Shown: positions 26,113-37,314 of the stretch, one piece after another
Numbering within the stretch: the first letter of the stretch is position 1
Layout: each line of letters starts with the position of its first letter
From: Halocafeteria seosinensis
Lineage: Eukaryota
Direction of reading: 5' to 3'
Assembly: GCA_001687465.1 (NCBI GenBank)
Contig: LVLI01000085.1
Coordinates: 1 to 64,000 of the forward strand
Length of the DNA stretch: 64,000 bases
The notes under the pieces: model-generated
The model's input: only the letters and a program-made list of their open reading frames with translations
Told to the model about the DNA's origin: nothing
Databases searched by the model: none
Made by a program: the position numbers and the translations under genes

Positions 26113-26416
26113 TGCATCATGTCTTGTCTGCCTTTGGTCGTCGGTATCGCATTGCGGCGTATCCTCGACACATTACCAAGGTCCAATAATACCGTATTGA
26201 GAGTTCCGCTTGGGTGATAGTAGGGCAGATTACGCCACCATATATCATAAGTCATGACGTTTCGACTGCCAGTCGACGACTGGGCATTCCAGTCCTTGGC
26301 GGCGGAGTTCCGGTGGAGGACGCACCTACTGGATTGCTGCAGTGCATGCAGCTCCGCCGGAATTGTTGATTTTGGATACACCGAGTGTGGACTATAAAGC
26401 AGAACAGGTCTGGGTG

Positions 26417-28879
26417 ATGGTATCAGCATCATCGTCAACGAATAATCCGGAGGATGACCGGCGGGAAAATCTCCAGGATGTAGTTCAACGCATACAACGA
26501 AATGACCGCCAATTCAGTCGAGCAGGACCACTTGGAGCTCTTTTTGTGATGAATCTGAATGATCTAGATGCTAAGAAGATAGGAGATGCGCTGAACGTCA
26601 ATACTACACTGAGACAGATTAACTTAAGGGACAATCAGATTACTGATAAGGGCGTTCAATGGTTGGCTAACGCCTTGCGTGTCAATACGAGATTGATTTG
26701 GATTCATCTTGGCTGGAATCGGATCAGTGATAAAGGCGCTCAAAGTTTGGCTGACGCGTTGCGAGTCAATACTGCACTACTGTGGATTCACTTAGGCGGG
26801 AACCAAATCGCTGACAAAGGCGCTGAATGGTTAGCTGGTGCTTTGCGTGTGAATACGGCATTGACTCAGCTCGACTTAAAAGGGAATATAATCAGTGATA
26901 GAGGAGCACAGTACATAGCAGGTACTTTGCGTCTCAATACTACATTGCTTGAAATCGACCTTGGCGAGAACCAAATCAGTGATCCAGGGGCTAGATCACT
27001 AGCCGAGGCTTTGCGCTATAATAGGACATTGACTGTGATATCTTTATACCGGAACCAAATCAGCGATGCAGGTGCTCAGGAACTATGCGATGCGCTGCAT
27101 GATAACCCAATAGTGAGCGACATGAGTGTATACGGCAGTCGAATCTCTGACCATTCTCTAACTAAAAAAATAAATGATTTGCTTTGGAGAAACAAGGTAA
27201 GTGTCTACACTGACCATTATTCAGCGCAGATACCGGTACCAACCGCATCCGATTTTGTGCCTAACGACTCTGATAGCATATGGCTCTCTCGAAACCACCT
27301 AAGTGACTTCCTGTTTGACCCAAGCTCCTAGAGACCCATGTCTATTCCGTGACTTGCAGAATGAGCCAATTAGAGCAAAGCGAGAAGCTGGAGAAAATAT
27401 AACAAAAAAACAAGCCCAGCAACAGGTTCGTCGTCTTCGTCCCACCCGGCCAACTTGATTGCCGCATTGCTGTCTACCGCGATATAAGTGTAGCTGCAGA
27501 TATATTCGGCGAAGCCTCCTCCTGGAGCCACCAGCCCCGATGTAGTGGTGGCAAACAGTACGACTTTAGAAGGAGAACAGCGAACAATGGATGCACTCAA
27601 GGAGACAACAGGATTGCGAGCCAACGAACCTCAGGAAGACACGATACTCACGGCAGACGAGGTCAAAGAGCTGCGAACTCAGGTGCTACCGAATGTGGGT
27701 GTAGCAGTTCACCGCCACGACATCCCAAAGGCCCTGGAAAAAGAGGATGAAGATAAAATCCTAACTTATATTCAAACGCGCCCTGACTTACGCTTCTTTT
27801 ATCGATCTCTGAATTCGGTTGTCTACGATTACTTTATCGCAGCCATGAGTCTCCGCACAGGAGATATTGCTGCAGACACGGGAAGCAAGAAAAAGTCCAT
27901 GGTTACAAATCTGTTGAATACGTTACTGCAGGGTCTTCCAATTGCAAGCCAGATTAGCAGCGCCTTGAATTCAGTGGTTAAAGGGTACGTGAGTTTGGAT
28001 ATCACCCGTGCGATGAACAATCTGCTATCAGTATCTTCAACGCACACTGAAATTATGGAGTTAGTTGAATACGTGACTCGACGCATCACTCTGGGACTAA
28101 GAGATCACATCAATACCTTGGATCCAAGCAAAGAGCCGCGACGGGTTTGGAAACAGATGCATAATCGCATCATGTCGAACTCACCGACGAACGTATATGA
28201 GGAAGAGGGGATTGCTTGCGGATTGGCAATAGTTAAACTATGCATGCGCGGTGTTGTAAGTGCAGATAAGTTTACTGCAAAGCAGTTATTAACCTCGTTG
28301 GGTTATGACCACTCCTCGATCCATAAGGCCCTTGTGCGATACCGAAGTGAAGCCCTAGGTTCGAACCTTTTGGAAGGGACGGGCGCAGGCGCTGCCTGGA
28401 CTGAATTATCAGGAGGTAGCGAGTGGAATTACAGGATTTCAACCGTAGAAGACAATTTAGCCCAAATTGAACAAGGCAAAGTTTTGGTAGAGCGGGAATA
28501 TGCCTCTGAAAGTCATGTAAATATACGAAGTGAATTGGATGCTCTGCGTGCGGAGCTTGAAGGGGTACGAAAGGAAGCCCGAAGTGCGAAAGATCTTGCT
28601 GAAAAAATGCACGAGAAAACGGTGGACGTGAGTGGACGATCCACCATTCAGCAGCAGCTACCGCTTCCATCAATCTCAAGCGGCCAGTATGCTCAAACAG
28701 AAATGGAGTCGGTGCACTGTGACATCGAGCGCCTATCTCGACGTTTGAACGAGATGGCGGAAGTGGTAACGGATAATCGAGATTCCCTAACAGATGGACA
28801 TGGGAAGGTTTCCGAGACAGCTGCAGGTTGTTCAACCAAGATTGTCAAAGCTTCGGTCAATCGCCACTACGTCGTCTAA
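26417..28879 (+). CDS. Ribonuclease-inhibitor-type (NLRC3-like) LRR protein fused to an unassigned helical/coiled-coil C-terminal domain
   Basis: About seven 28-aa LRRs (LADALRVNTALLWIHLGGNQIADKGAEW); introns 27197-27359 and 27426-27499 join them in frame to ORF 27545-28879. Confidence 0.8.
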
Positions 28880-28899
28880 TAGCAATGACAGCAATGGCA

Positions 28900-30024
28900 A
28901 ATGGCAAAAAGTGTCTCAAGAGATCCCTGATTTCACTGAAAGAAGGGGCCTTAAATTGTCCGAGAGCCGGTGAAAGGTAAGAGCAATGCAGGTTGATTGG
29001 ACGGTTCTTCTTGTTAGAGAAAAAAAGATACCGTAGCGCGGGGTCGGTCGCTCCTTTAAGGGAACAAAACGGATCATTGCATTGTAAACCGTCGTGGGTC
29101 CACCAGTAAAATCGGACATTACTAAGCCTCCATCGGAATGCATTACTCTGGCAATTCCTGTCTTTCTGACTAGTTGCTAGATCCAGCATCCACAAACGCA
29201 TTTCTGGGTATTGCTTAAAGAATCTACAACCCGCTATATTCAGTGTTACGCCCAGCCGCATCGTTATTAGAGCCCCGGTGTAGTACTCATTTCCAGTTCT
29301 CTCAAAGAAGCAGTGAGTGTAAAACCTACTTACCTTCGCAGTCGTATTCTGGATCATTGACTTTTGCTCTTCATAGAAAGGAAATAGCTCCTATCAATGA
29401 CGATTCCGGTTTATGAAAAATTGCACGATTGATTGCGCCGCAACAATTTCATCATATATCATATATAAATGCTGACCAAAGTTCACACGGATGGAACAGT
29501 ATACCTTAGGTAGCTTGAGCATGTACCGGCCTATCATGTTCAGCCTTGTGGATCCGCTTCCAGACAACTTTACAGTGTTCATATACCACTTTTTTACCGC
29601 TCGAATTGCGTTTCTGCTGCTCTAAGAGCTGTTCCACTGTTTGTTCATCCACCTAAACAGCTTTCGGATTTTCGCTTCCGCTCATTGTAAACTGTTTCGT
29701 CGGCGTTAATACCAGTGTCGGCGTGCGCTTCGGTTTCTTCGCGGGGATCTAATCCGACCCGCCGCGTTGTCCATACAGGGTTCTGACGTTGGGACTATTT
29801 TGCTGGAATTCCTTTTTTTCTGACTCTTCTAGAGTAGGGATGAGGGAATTCCACTGATTTTCACCATTCCGGTATCACCTATCAATTTGAAAGCACGTGC
29901 GTAACACAATGACCACCAAACCAGCAATAACTCCCATCAACAACGAGCAGCTCTGTTTACAAGGCGAGGATTTTTTCTCCCCGTGCCCATTTCTGTCACG
30001 AGAGAAGGCTTTGGCGGATTTCAT
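28900..30024 (-). pseudogene. Disrupted, 3'-truncated paralog of the kinase-like gene at 30768-32183
   Basis: Same N-terminus (FSRDRNGHGEK...LMGVIAGLVVIVLRTC) with premature TGA at 29875-29877; homologous blocks (MIYDEIVAA, YYTGALITMR, LWMLDLATSQKDRNCQSNA, VMSDFTGGP) lie in different frames. Confidence 0.88.
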
Positions 30025-30767
30025 GGAAAGCGTCTTGCTGTGTGGCTGATTCTGCACTAAGGGGGGCCGCGAGAGCTACCTTCGATGGCATTCCTACAAC
30101 CCCAATATGATTGAATAGACTCTACACTAGCTGCTCTTCGCGGCGACCGACCTCGGTCATTCTGTGTCAGCAAGAACGAAGAGTGAGTCCCATGTTGCGG
30201 CTTGGAAACTGACAACTTGATGACAAGTTGGAATTGTGGCGAACTTTGTAATGGGAAGGGGGGCGAGGATGACTGAGCGTACCTAGACACTACAGAAAGC
30301 GGGGGTATGTCTGTAATATTAGAATCGATAACCGTAGAAAATCTGGAGGAATTACATGTTGTCCATGAATCGTCGTGAAAGGGTCCTTCCCAAACCTAAA
30401 CGTTGCGGAATGCGTTTTTGGCAGATACTACAGAGAATGTGTTGGTGTGACTCGCTCCTACTACTAGTTGCCAAAGCGTATGAATCAGCATTCTCTTCCT
30501 GATTAATGTAATGCAAGTTGAAAACAATCCATCTTGCAAAAGCGCCAATTCTTCTTCCCTCAAACGACCGCTCGTGACTGCAGTGCCAATTGGCATGACT
30601 TGCCTCGAACTGAACTATGTACTCATATGCACCATTTATTCGGTCGCTTGTCATGGCAGTGACAATTGGCATGTCTTGGCTACGTAGTCAAGAACAACAA
30701 TCGTCTTACAGTCCCAAACACCCTTCACCAATTCTTTCAGAGACTACTACTGATGTGCACTGCTGGC

Positions 30768-32183
30768 TCACAACCCTGCGGCTGCCTCTTCCATGGTAGC
30801 ACACGACCGTTTGTCGTACATCTGTCGGAATGATGAATGCGTCTTGGATAAACGGATCGCGTACACATTAGCAAAGAATGCCGCGATAAGTTCATGCTTC
30901 GGGGCCAGTACTCTTCGCGCTACAAAGTCACTGATGCAGTTGTTCGACACAGGCAACCCCAAAGCTGCACTTACGATGCATCGAGTACTTGGCTGTTGTT
31001 TGGTACAACGCTTTTTGCCCATGCGGAAATGTGAAGGGGCCATACCCTTAATGAACTCATCATTTACCAATATCTTGAAGAGCCTCTCCCTCATCTCACT
31101 GAACGACGGAAACGACTTAAAAAGTCTTAGCCCAGTCGACAGAATTTGACAATACATCTTTGCAAGAGAACCGCTTTGAGGCTTCTTCTTGTTTGTGAAA
31201 AACGGATACAGTAGCATATGTTCACTCCCTCCTTTGAGAGAACAAAAAGGAGATACAAATTGCGTATCTGGCCCACCTGTAAAATCAGACATAACCACAC
31301 CACCAGTCTTATTACGGAGAGCGTTACTTCGGCAGTTCCTGTCCGATTGACGAGTTGCTACATCCAGTATCCACAAACGCGCGGTATCTTCTGGGTGTTC
31401 CTTAAACATTGTACAACCCCCTTTGCTTAGTGACACTCCCGACCGCATCGTTATCAGAGCACCTGTGTAGTATTCCTTTTCCGCTCTCCCAAAGAAGCAG
31501 TGCGGGTAAAGCTTACTCATCCTGGTGCTCGTGTTCTTGATCATTGCTTTCTGCTCTTCATACAGGGGAAGCACGGCTCCTTTTGATGACGGTTCCGGTT
31601 TTTGAAAGATTGCATGATTGATCGCTGCAGCAACAATCTCATCGTATATCATGAATAACTTCTGGCCAAACCTCACCCGAGACGAACAGTACAGCTTCAG
31701 CATGTACGGGTCGCCGTGTGGCGAGTTTATGTTCAGTTTTGTGGTTCCGCCTCCTGGCAGTTTCGCGGTAGAGATATACCACTTATTGCTGGAGTTAAAC
31801 TTTTGCTCTAACAGTTGTTCCATTATCTGTCCATCCATTTGCTCATCGAAAACCGTATCATTAATTTTAACCTCCCTGTACATCCTCGCTTCGTTCTGCT
31901 CGTACGGATCCAGTCCTATAGGTTGTGTTGAATGTCCGGATAAACTTCTCGCGTCCGGACTACTTCTTTGGTACTCTCTTTCGTTATCATCGTCTGTTGT
32001 GGCAAAAATGGAATTGTAAGGAACTCCACTGTTTCCATAGGACCGATCGATGCGATAGCACGTGTGCAGCACGATGACCACCAGCGCCGTAATGAGTCCC
32101 ATCAGCACGGACCGGCTCGGGGACGACGATGTTTTCTCCCCGTGCCCATTTCGGTAACGGGAAAAAATGTCGGCGGCTTTCAT
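30768..32183 (-). CDS. Type II membrane protein with FAM20C/Four-jointed-like atypical kinase motifs (putative secretory-pathway kinase)
   Basis: N-terminal TM anchor; GGGTTKL..MLK, YDEIVAA, LWILDVATRQSDRN and MSDF in FAM20-like order; single exon, 471 aa. Confidence 0.65.
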   Translation of the reverse strand: MKAADIFSRYRNGHGEKTSSSPSRSVLMGLITALVVIVLHTCYRIDRSYGNSGVPYNSIFATTDDDNEREYQRSSPDARSLSGHSTQPIGLDPYEQNEARMYREVKINDTVFDEQMDGQIMEQLLEQKFNSSNKWYISTAKLPGGGTTKLNINSPHGDPYMLKLYCSSRVRFGQKLFMIYDEIVAAAINHAIFQKPEPSSKGAVLPLYEEQKAMIKNTSTRMSKLYPHCFFGRAEKEYYTGALITMRSGVSLSKGGCTMFKEHPEDTARLWILDVATRQSDRNCRSNALRNKTGGVVMSDFTGGPDTQFVSPFCSLKGGSEHMLLYPFFTNKKKPQSGSLAKMYCQILSTGLRLFKSFPSFSEMRERLFKILVNDEFIKGMAPSHFRMGKKRCTKQQPSTRCIVSAALGLPVSNNCISDFVARRVLAPKHELIAAFFANVYAIRLSKTHSSFRQMYDKRSCATMEEAAAGL

Positions 32184-33220
32184 GATATCTGGGAATGGCA
32201 GCTTGTTCTCGATGGACTAACGGTTTCGGCAGTCGAAGTTTACATTCACGGATATCCTCTCCAATGGGAAGTTGGATTCCTCAGTCCTCCTGTATGGGAA
32301 ATTGCGTCGGAGAGAGCGAGGGGAGGTGTATAGTATACGCTCCGTAAAAAGTGATTTTCAGAACAGGGAATGCTTCCAGCTAGGCGACCGACCAGACAAC
32401 TCCAAGAAAAGCATATACAAAGCCTCTCCAAAGAGCTCCCGTCACCGTCACTGCTTTGATTGCATCCTTCTTCAAAACTCAATCCATTCAACGTAAGATG
32501 ATTACTTGCTTTGATTGAGAGACTCCTGCGCAATCTGCATGCCCGAGGAGGTCGCAGGTTGCGACTTGGGGAGAGGTAACGAAATTCCAAACATTATAGA
32601 GGGTGGTACCAGTATGAGAATAAAATTTCCGAATGGAATGGGCGTGAAAAATTACGGCATTACATACAAACTACAACAAAAGCGTTATTGACCGCTGAGG
32701 AAGAATCTATCGGACTCGGAAGTGCGGCCACACTGCTTGTTTCATTCAGAGTTCTGAAAAGGATTTAGCGGGGTTACCAGCATGTAGATTGTTGGAGCTA
32801 TCAATCCCTCATCAAAATTTGTGCATGCAGTGTACAGTATTCGTCTGGCCTGATTTGCCAGTGCCAGTTGGTTTGGTTCGCGGATCAAGAAATCTTCATG
32901 TACGCTCGTCCGGATTCACTGCAAAAAAGCCGGCAGCTTACTCCCACAGGGATCCGATACTACCCACTAGCTTATATTAATATGTTGTACAAAATGGTAT
33001 CCATTAAATTGTAGTTCTCATTCACCTGCAAAGGAACTTCAAACTTTTGAACTTCCGTAAGAAAGGAGGCAATCATTTGTTTCACTCAGAGAACGGAAAC
33101 CATTGCATGGCCTTGCATATGCATACCGTGAGTTTGATAGGTGTATGTCAGTGTCAGGCTAAGAAATATCTACTCGCTGTGTCTGTCAAGCCTGGTGTTT
33201 GGGTTGGAAAAGGTGCCAAA

Positions 33221-36200
33221 ATGAGCGATGAAGAGGACGAGGTGCCATTTGAATACGCTCACCCAGAGCCTATTCACGGCCATACAGCATCGTACAATGA
33301 CTCTACAGAGGATCTAGAGGACTCAATAGAAGATAATTATCAAGATGAAGAGTATGGGGTGGAGTATGAGAAGCTGGAATACGCCAAACGACCAATTCAA
33401 GTGGTTACAAGAGTTCGGCCCCTCCTGAAACGAGTACGTTTTTGGGCCTTTTATGGCTTGTTTCGTCTCTATTTCATGGCCAGTGCCGTTTTGCAGGATG
33501 TGGATGCGGGACATGAGCCTTGTGTGGCTGTTCATGATGATTATCATGTACAAATTGGTGATAAGACTGTGTTGCAGTTTGATCGAGTCTTCGGAGAAGA
33601 CTCGGAGCAACCCCAAATCTATCAAGTTTGCGCTAATTCACTCGTTGATGGGCTTTTCGAAGGGTTTAATGGCTCGATACTCGCCTACGGCCAGACAGGA
33701 TCCGGCAAAACCTACACCATGGGTTCGGACTGGTTTGATGAAATGAATTTGAGTGATATGGAACAGAGTTTTGAGGGAGAATCGACGATCTTGCAAGATC
33801 TCCAAGAAGACCAAGATGTGGAACATATGACCAAAGAGGAGCAACAAAGTTTATTGCGCAAGATACATGGTATCCAAATGTCCAACTGTGGTGTCCTACC
33901 TAGAGCTTTCCTTCAGGTAGCACAGCGAATTGAAGAATATGTGCAAGGGATCTACCTTGGAGAAGGGACGTATCCGCAGGATGTACTAGATAACATCAAA
34001 CTCGAAGCCACTTTTTTCGAAATATATCAGGAAAAAGTTTATGATCTGCTTCATCCCGAGATTCCGACGAAACAAATATCCGTGTTGGATGGACGCCAAG
34101 GGGATGTACACGTCCGTGGTACGTCTCCAGATGTACTGTTGCACTGGACGCGACCGTCCGATCCAGAGGCTGCTGAGAAACGCACGCCACTCAAGTACAC
34201 TGTTGCCTACAAGTTACTGAAGTGTCTCTCCAGAGGGGTCGCGAATCGCACAACTAGCAGCACCAGCATGAACGACACCTCAAGCAGATCGCATGCCATA
34301 TTCACCCTGTCTCTCTCCGGGATACTCAGAAAAGTGGACTCGGCTGCCGAGAAAGAAAGTTCATACACGAGAAAGCCGTCTGTCGGTAACAAGTCTCGCA
34401 GACTTACAAGCCAGTTGCGTCTCGTCGATCTTGCAGGCAGTGAGCGAGCAAAGAGAACCCAGGCCACTGGGATGAGATTTGCGGAGAGTGTACAGATAAA
34501 TCAAGGTCTCCTTGCTCTAGGAAATGTCATTGCTGCCCTTGCTGAATCTCCAGACAGAAATCCGTTGAGTCCGGATATGCAAAACGGAGAAGATAAAAGC
34601 TCCTGCAGCACATCGCAGTCCAAGAAGCGTTCATCAGCACCGACTAAGAGAAGGAACAAGAGTGCACCGGCAGGTCAGCGCGAAGACGCTTATTCTTCGG
34701 CCCCGGAAGAAGTGGATGAGGAGATGTACCGTGAATCTGCTCCTCACTCTGGTTCGCGAAAGAGATCACATACCCCGCTTTCTTTAATCAGGAACACCGG
34801 CAAAGGTGCCGGAGCACACATACCTTATCGAGACTCTAAACTAACGAGGCTCTTGAGAGACTCCTTAGGAGGCAATAGCAGGACGTGCTTCATCGCTTGT
34901 ATATCTCCTTGTGAAGTGGACTTTCATGAGAGTAGAAGCACGTTAAGGTACGCGGAGAGAGCTAGGAGTATTAAAAATACGCCTTCAATTGGCATCGAAC
35001 CAATTAATATGCGTGATCATGCGGACAGAAAGGTGCGTAAGCTGCAAGAAGGGACGCAGGTGAAGGCAGAACAGCCGGGTGGTCCCGTGTCGGTGGATGT
35101 CAATGAATGTAGAGTGGTTGCGCCGGATATTAACTTTCTTAGGTATCAGTTGCGCTCGTTACTGTTTTGGATTGTTTGGAAAACCGACCAGATTAGGGAC
35201 GAACTAGGGGAGCTGCTGTCACAGGAACAGTTTACCTGTCTAAATTGTTTCTGCAATTTAGTACGAAAATGCTTAGAGCACAGACACTTTTCATCGTCGG
35301 ACAATGCTAAATACCGCCGACGGCAGAGTTTACCGTCAACTATTCGCGAGCTACGCACTTCTCGGGACTATACACCTTATTACTGCGGTATCCAAGAAGA
35401 CCTACAAAGAGCATCTGCTCCGAGTTTGAGAGAGTGGCAGAACCAGGAGATAGCGGAAAATGGTACTACCACGTATGAACGGGCAATAATACAGCAACAG
35501 AGAGAAGACATTCATACACTAAACAAAAAACTAGATGACACAAATAAAGAAAATGAGTTGCTTCGGTCTGCACTATCAGCCGCTGAGGGAAGCTATGTCA
35601 GAGCGTTGAAAGGGATAGCAGAGGAGGATGAACTGAGTAGCTCTAACGTTAGCTCCCAGCCGGCCAATGCCTCTGGGGACGTCTCCGTAATAGATGAGGA
35701 GCTACAACGTAGTATTGATGCTGCGTTTGCTGCCGAGCCGAAGAGTCGCAGCAATCTCTCTGATGAAAGCAACACAGAGGGGAAAAGTCCTAATCGTGAA
35801 CTCGCCAAGCTCAGAGAAGAAAATGACCGCCTTCAATCACATATAATGGAACTGGAGAAAACAAAAGAGGACGACGAACGCGAACGCAAAGAACGAGAGG
35901 AAATGTTTAATGATGCTATAGCGGAACTAAGAAACAATGTGCACAAGAAGGATCAACTGATAGAAGAGTTTGAAGAGGAACGCGAAAGCTCTTCGAGATA
36001 TGTTGCGCAGCTAGAAGAGAAAATTGAAAGATTGGAGTCTGAACTGCGCTCTACCCAGGAAAACGAAATAAACGTTGAGAATGACGAAAAGCAGGAGGAC
36101 GAGCCAGCACAGCACGCGCCTCCTTCGTGTCGGCACGGCGTCCAAAGCAGCGATTCAAAAGTCCAAGATTCTCCTCTGGAGAGTAAGTATGAGTTGGATG

Positions 36201-37177
36201 AGCGCGACAATGACCTGATTGTACTACAAGAAGAAAACGAGGCACTTCAAAGAGAGCGCGATCTAGCCCTCCAACAGCTCCAGAGTTTGAAAGAGAAATT
36301 TGTAAAGCATGGGGACTCATGCATTGGAGATCCACAGGAGAATAGATTAATACGGGAAGTACCAGAAAGGAACGACCAGTCAATATTGCCGCCTCCAGTT
36401 GTGCCGGAAGAGGAAGGAGAGCAAAAGCAATCTAGTCATTCGCGGAGCCAGCAAGCGAAACGAATATGGTTGCCAATATTCAAACGTATCAAGGAGTACG
36501 TCAAACAATGCCATTTCAACCGAGGAGAGGAGTCCTTAAAGAAGAAACTCCAGTCTGTGCGCGCTCAAATGGAGTCCACACAAAGTGAACTCAAGAAATA
36601 CAGTAGCAGCCGAAGCAATTACACCGACAACGGCGAATATTCTACTTCCCCTCGTAATCATGACTTCCTCTTACAGCTTCAAGAAGAGCTAAATGCATTG
36701 CAAGAAGCGGAGTCATCATTACAAGATCAACTCGCACAGTTACCCTCTCCAAAGACAGCGAGGCAGGATCCGGGCGACGATAGAAATTTTATCCAGGAAA
36801 TATTTGGCATACTCGGGTCGATACCACCACATGTTCTACGGCCTATACTCTTCCAAAGCGTTGTTGAAACGGCACGTACACTTGGTCACGCAAAACACTA
36901 TAGGCACGAAAGCAAAGAGGCGCAGAAGAGAGTCCAACAATTGTCAGAAGAAATTGAAAACCATCGCCATGCGTATGACCTTCTCCATAAGCAAATGGAG
37001 CATCGCGAACACAGGTGGAAAAACAAAGTCAGCCGTATTCAGGCACAGCTCAACGCGATGGAGACCTCAGATGTTGAAGAGTCTCGAAGCAACATCAGAA
37101 GTCCAGCTCGGACTGCCTCGCAATCACAAAAGGATTCTCTAGTATTGAACGCTTTAGACCTCTCTGAGGAATATTGA
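33221..37177 (+). CDS. Kinesin motor protein, kinesin-4-like, with coiled-coil tail
   Basis: AYGQTGSGKTYTMG, NDTSSRSHAIF, LVDLAGSER, HIPYRDSKLTRLLRDSLGGNS; probable in-frame 63-nt intron 33434-33496. Confidence 0.95.
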   Translation: MSDEEDEVPFEYAHPEPIHGHTASYNDSTEDLEDSIEDNYQDEEYGVEYEKLEYAKRPIQVVTRVRPLLKRVRFWAFYGLFRLYFMASAVLQDVDAGHEPCVAVHDDYHVQIGDKTVLQFDRVFGEDSEQPQIYQVCANSLVDGLFEGFNGSILAYGQTGSGKTYTMGSDWFDEMNLSDMEQSFEGESTILQDLQEDQDVEHMTKEEQQSLLRKIHGIQMSNCGVLPRAFLQVAQRIEEYVQGIYLGEGTYPQDVLDNIKLEATFFEIYQEKVYDLLHPEIPTKQISVLDGRQGDVHVRGTSPDVLLHWTRPSDPEAAEKRTPLKYTVAYKLLKCLSRGVANRTTSSTSMNDTSSRSHAIFTLSLSGILRKVDSAAEKESSYTRKPSVGNKSRRLTSQLRLVDLAGSERAKRTQATGMRFAESVQINQGLLALGNVIAALAESPDRNPLSPDMQNGEDKSSCSTSQSKKRSSAPTKRRNKSAPAGQREDAYSSAPEEVDEEMYRESAPHSGSRKRSHTPLSLIRNTGKGAGAHIPYRDSKLTRLLRDSLGGNSRTCFIACISPCEVDFHESRSTLRYAERARSIKNTPSIGIEPINMRDHADRKVRKLQEGTQVKAEQPGGPVSVDVNECRVVAPDINFLRYQLRSLLFWIVWKTDQIRDELGELLSQEQFTCLNCFCNLVRKCLEHRHFSSSDNAKYRRRQSLPSTIRELRTSRDYTPYYCGIQEDLQRASAPSLREWQNQEIAENGTTTYERAIIQQQREDIHTLNKKLDDTNKENELLRSALSAAEGSYVRALKGIAEEDELSSSNVSSQPANASGDVSVIDEELQRSIDAAFAAEPKSRSNLSDESNTEGKSPNRELAKLREENDRLQSHIMELEKTKEDDERERKEREEMFNDAIAELRNNVHKKDQLIEEFEEERESSSRYVAQLEEKIERLESELRSTQENEINVENDEKQEDEPAQHAPPSCRHGVQSSDSKVQDSPLESKYELDERDNDLIVLQEENEALQRERDLALQQLQSLKEKFVKHGDSCIGDPQENRLIREVPERNDQSILPPPVVPEEEGEQKQSSHSRSQQAKRIWLPIFKRIKEYVKQCHFNRGEESLKKKLQSVRAQMESTQSELKKYSSSRSNYTDNGEYSTSPRNHDFLLQLQEELNALQEAESSLQDQLAQLPSPKTARQDPGDDRNFIQEIFGILGSIPPHVLRPILFQSVVETARTLGHAKHYRHESKEAQKRVQQLSEEIENHRHAYDLLHKQMEHREHRWKNKVSRIQAQLNAMETSDVEESRSNIRSPARTASQSQKDSLVLNALDLSEEY

Positions 37178-37314
37178 CGTTCATTCTGAAACTCAGAAGA
37201 ATCACCAATCGATGAGCCCAAAGAAATGAAGCTCACGTTGTAGTGCCAGCCTGTCAGGAGATAGCAGGTATGCTCTTCATCGATCGTCTCTTGATTCTGC
37301 AGCGGAATCTTCCT

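Noticed and set aside
30352..30672. Third copy of the kinase-like gene
   Set aside because: Translations show no similarity to 30768-32183.
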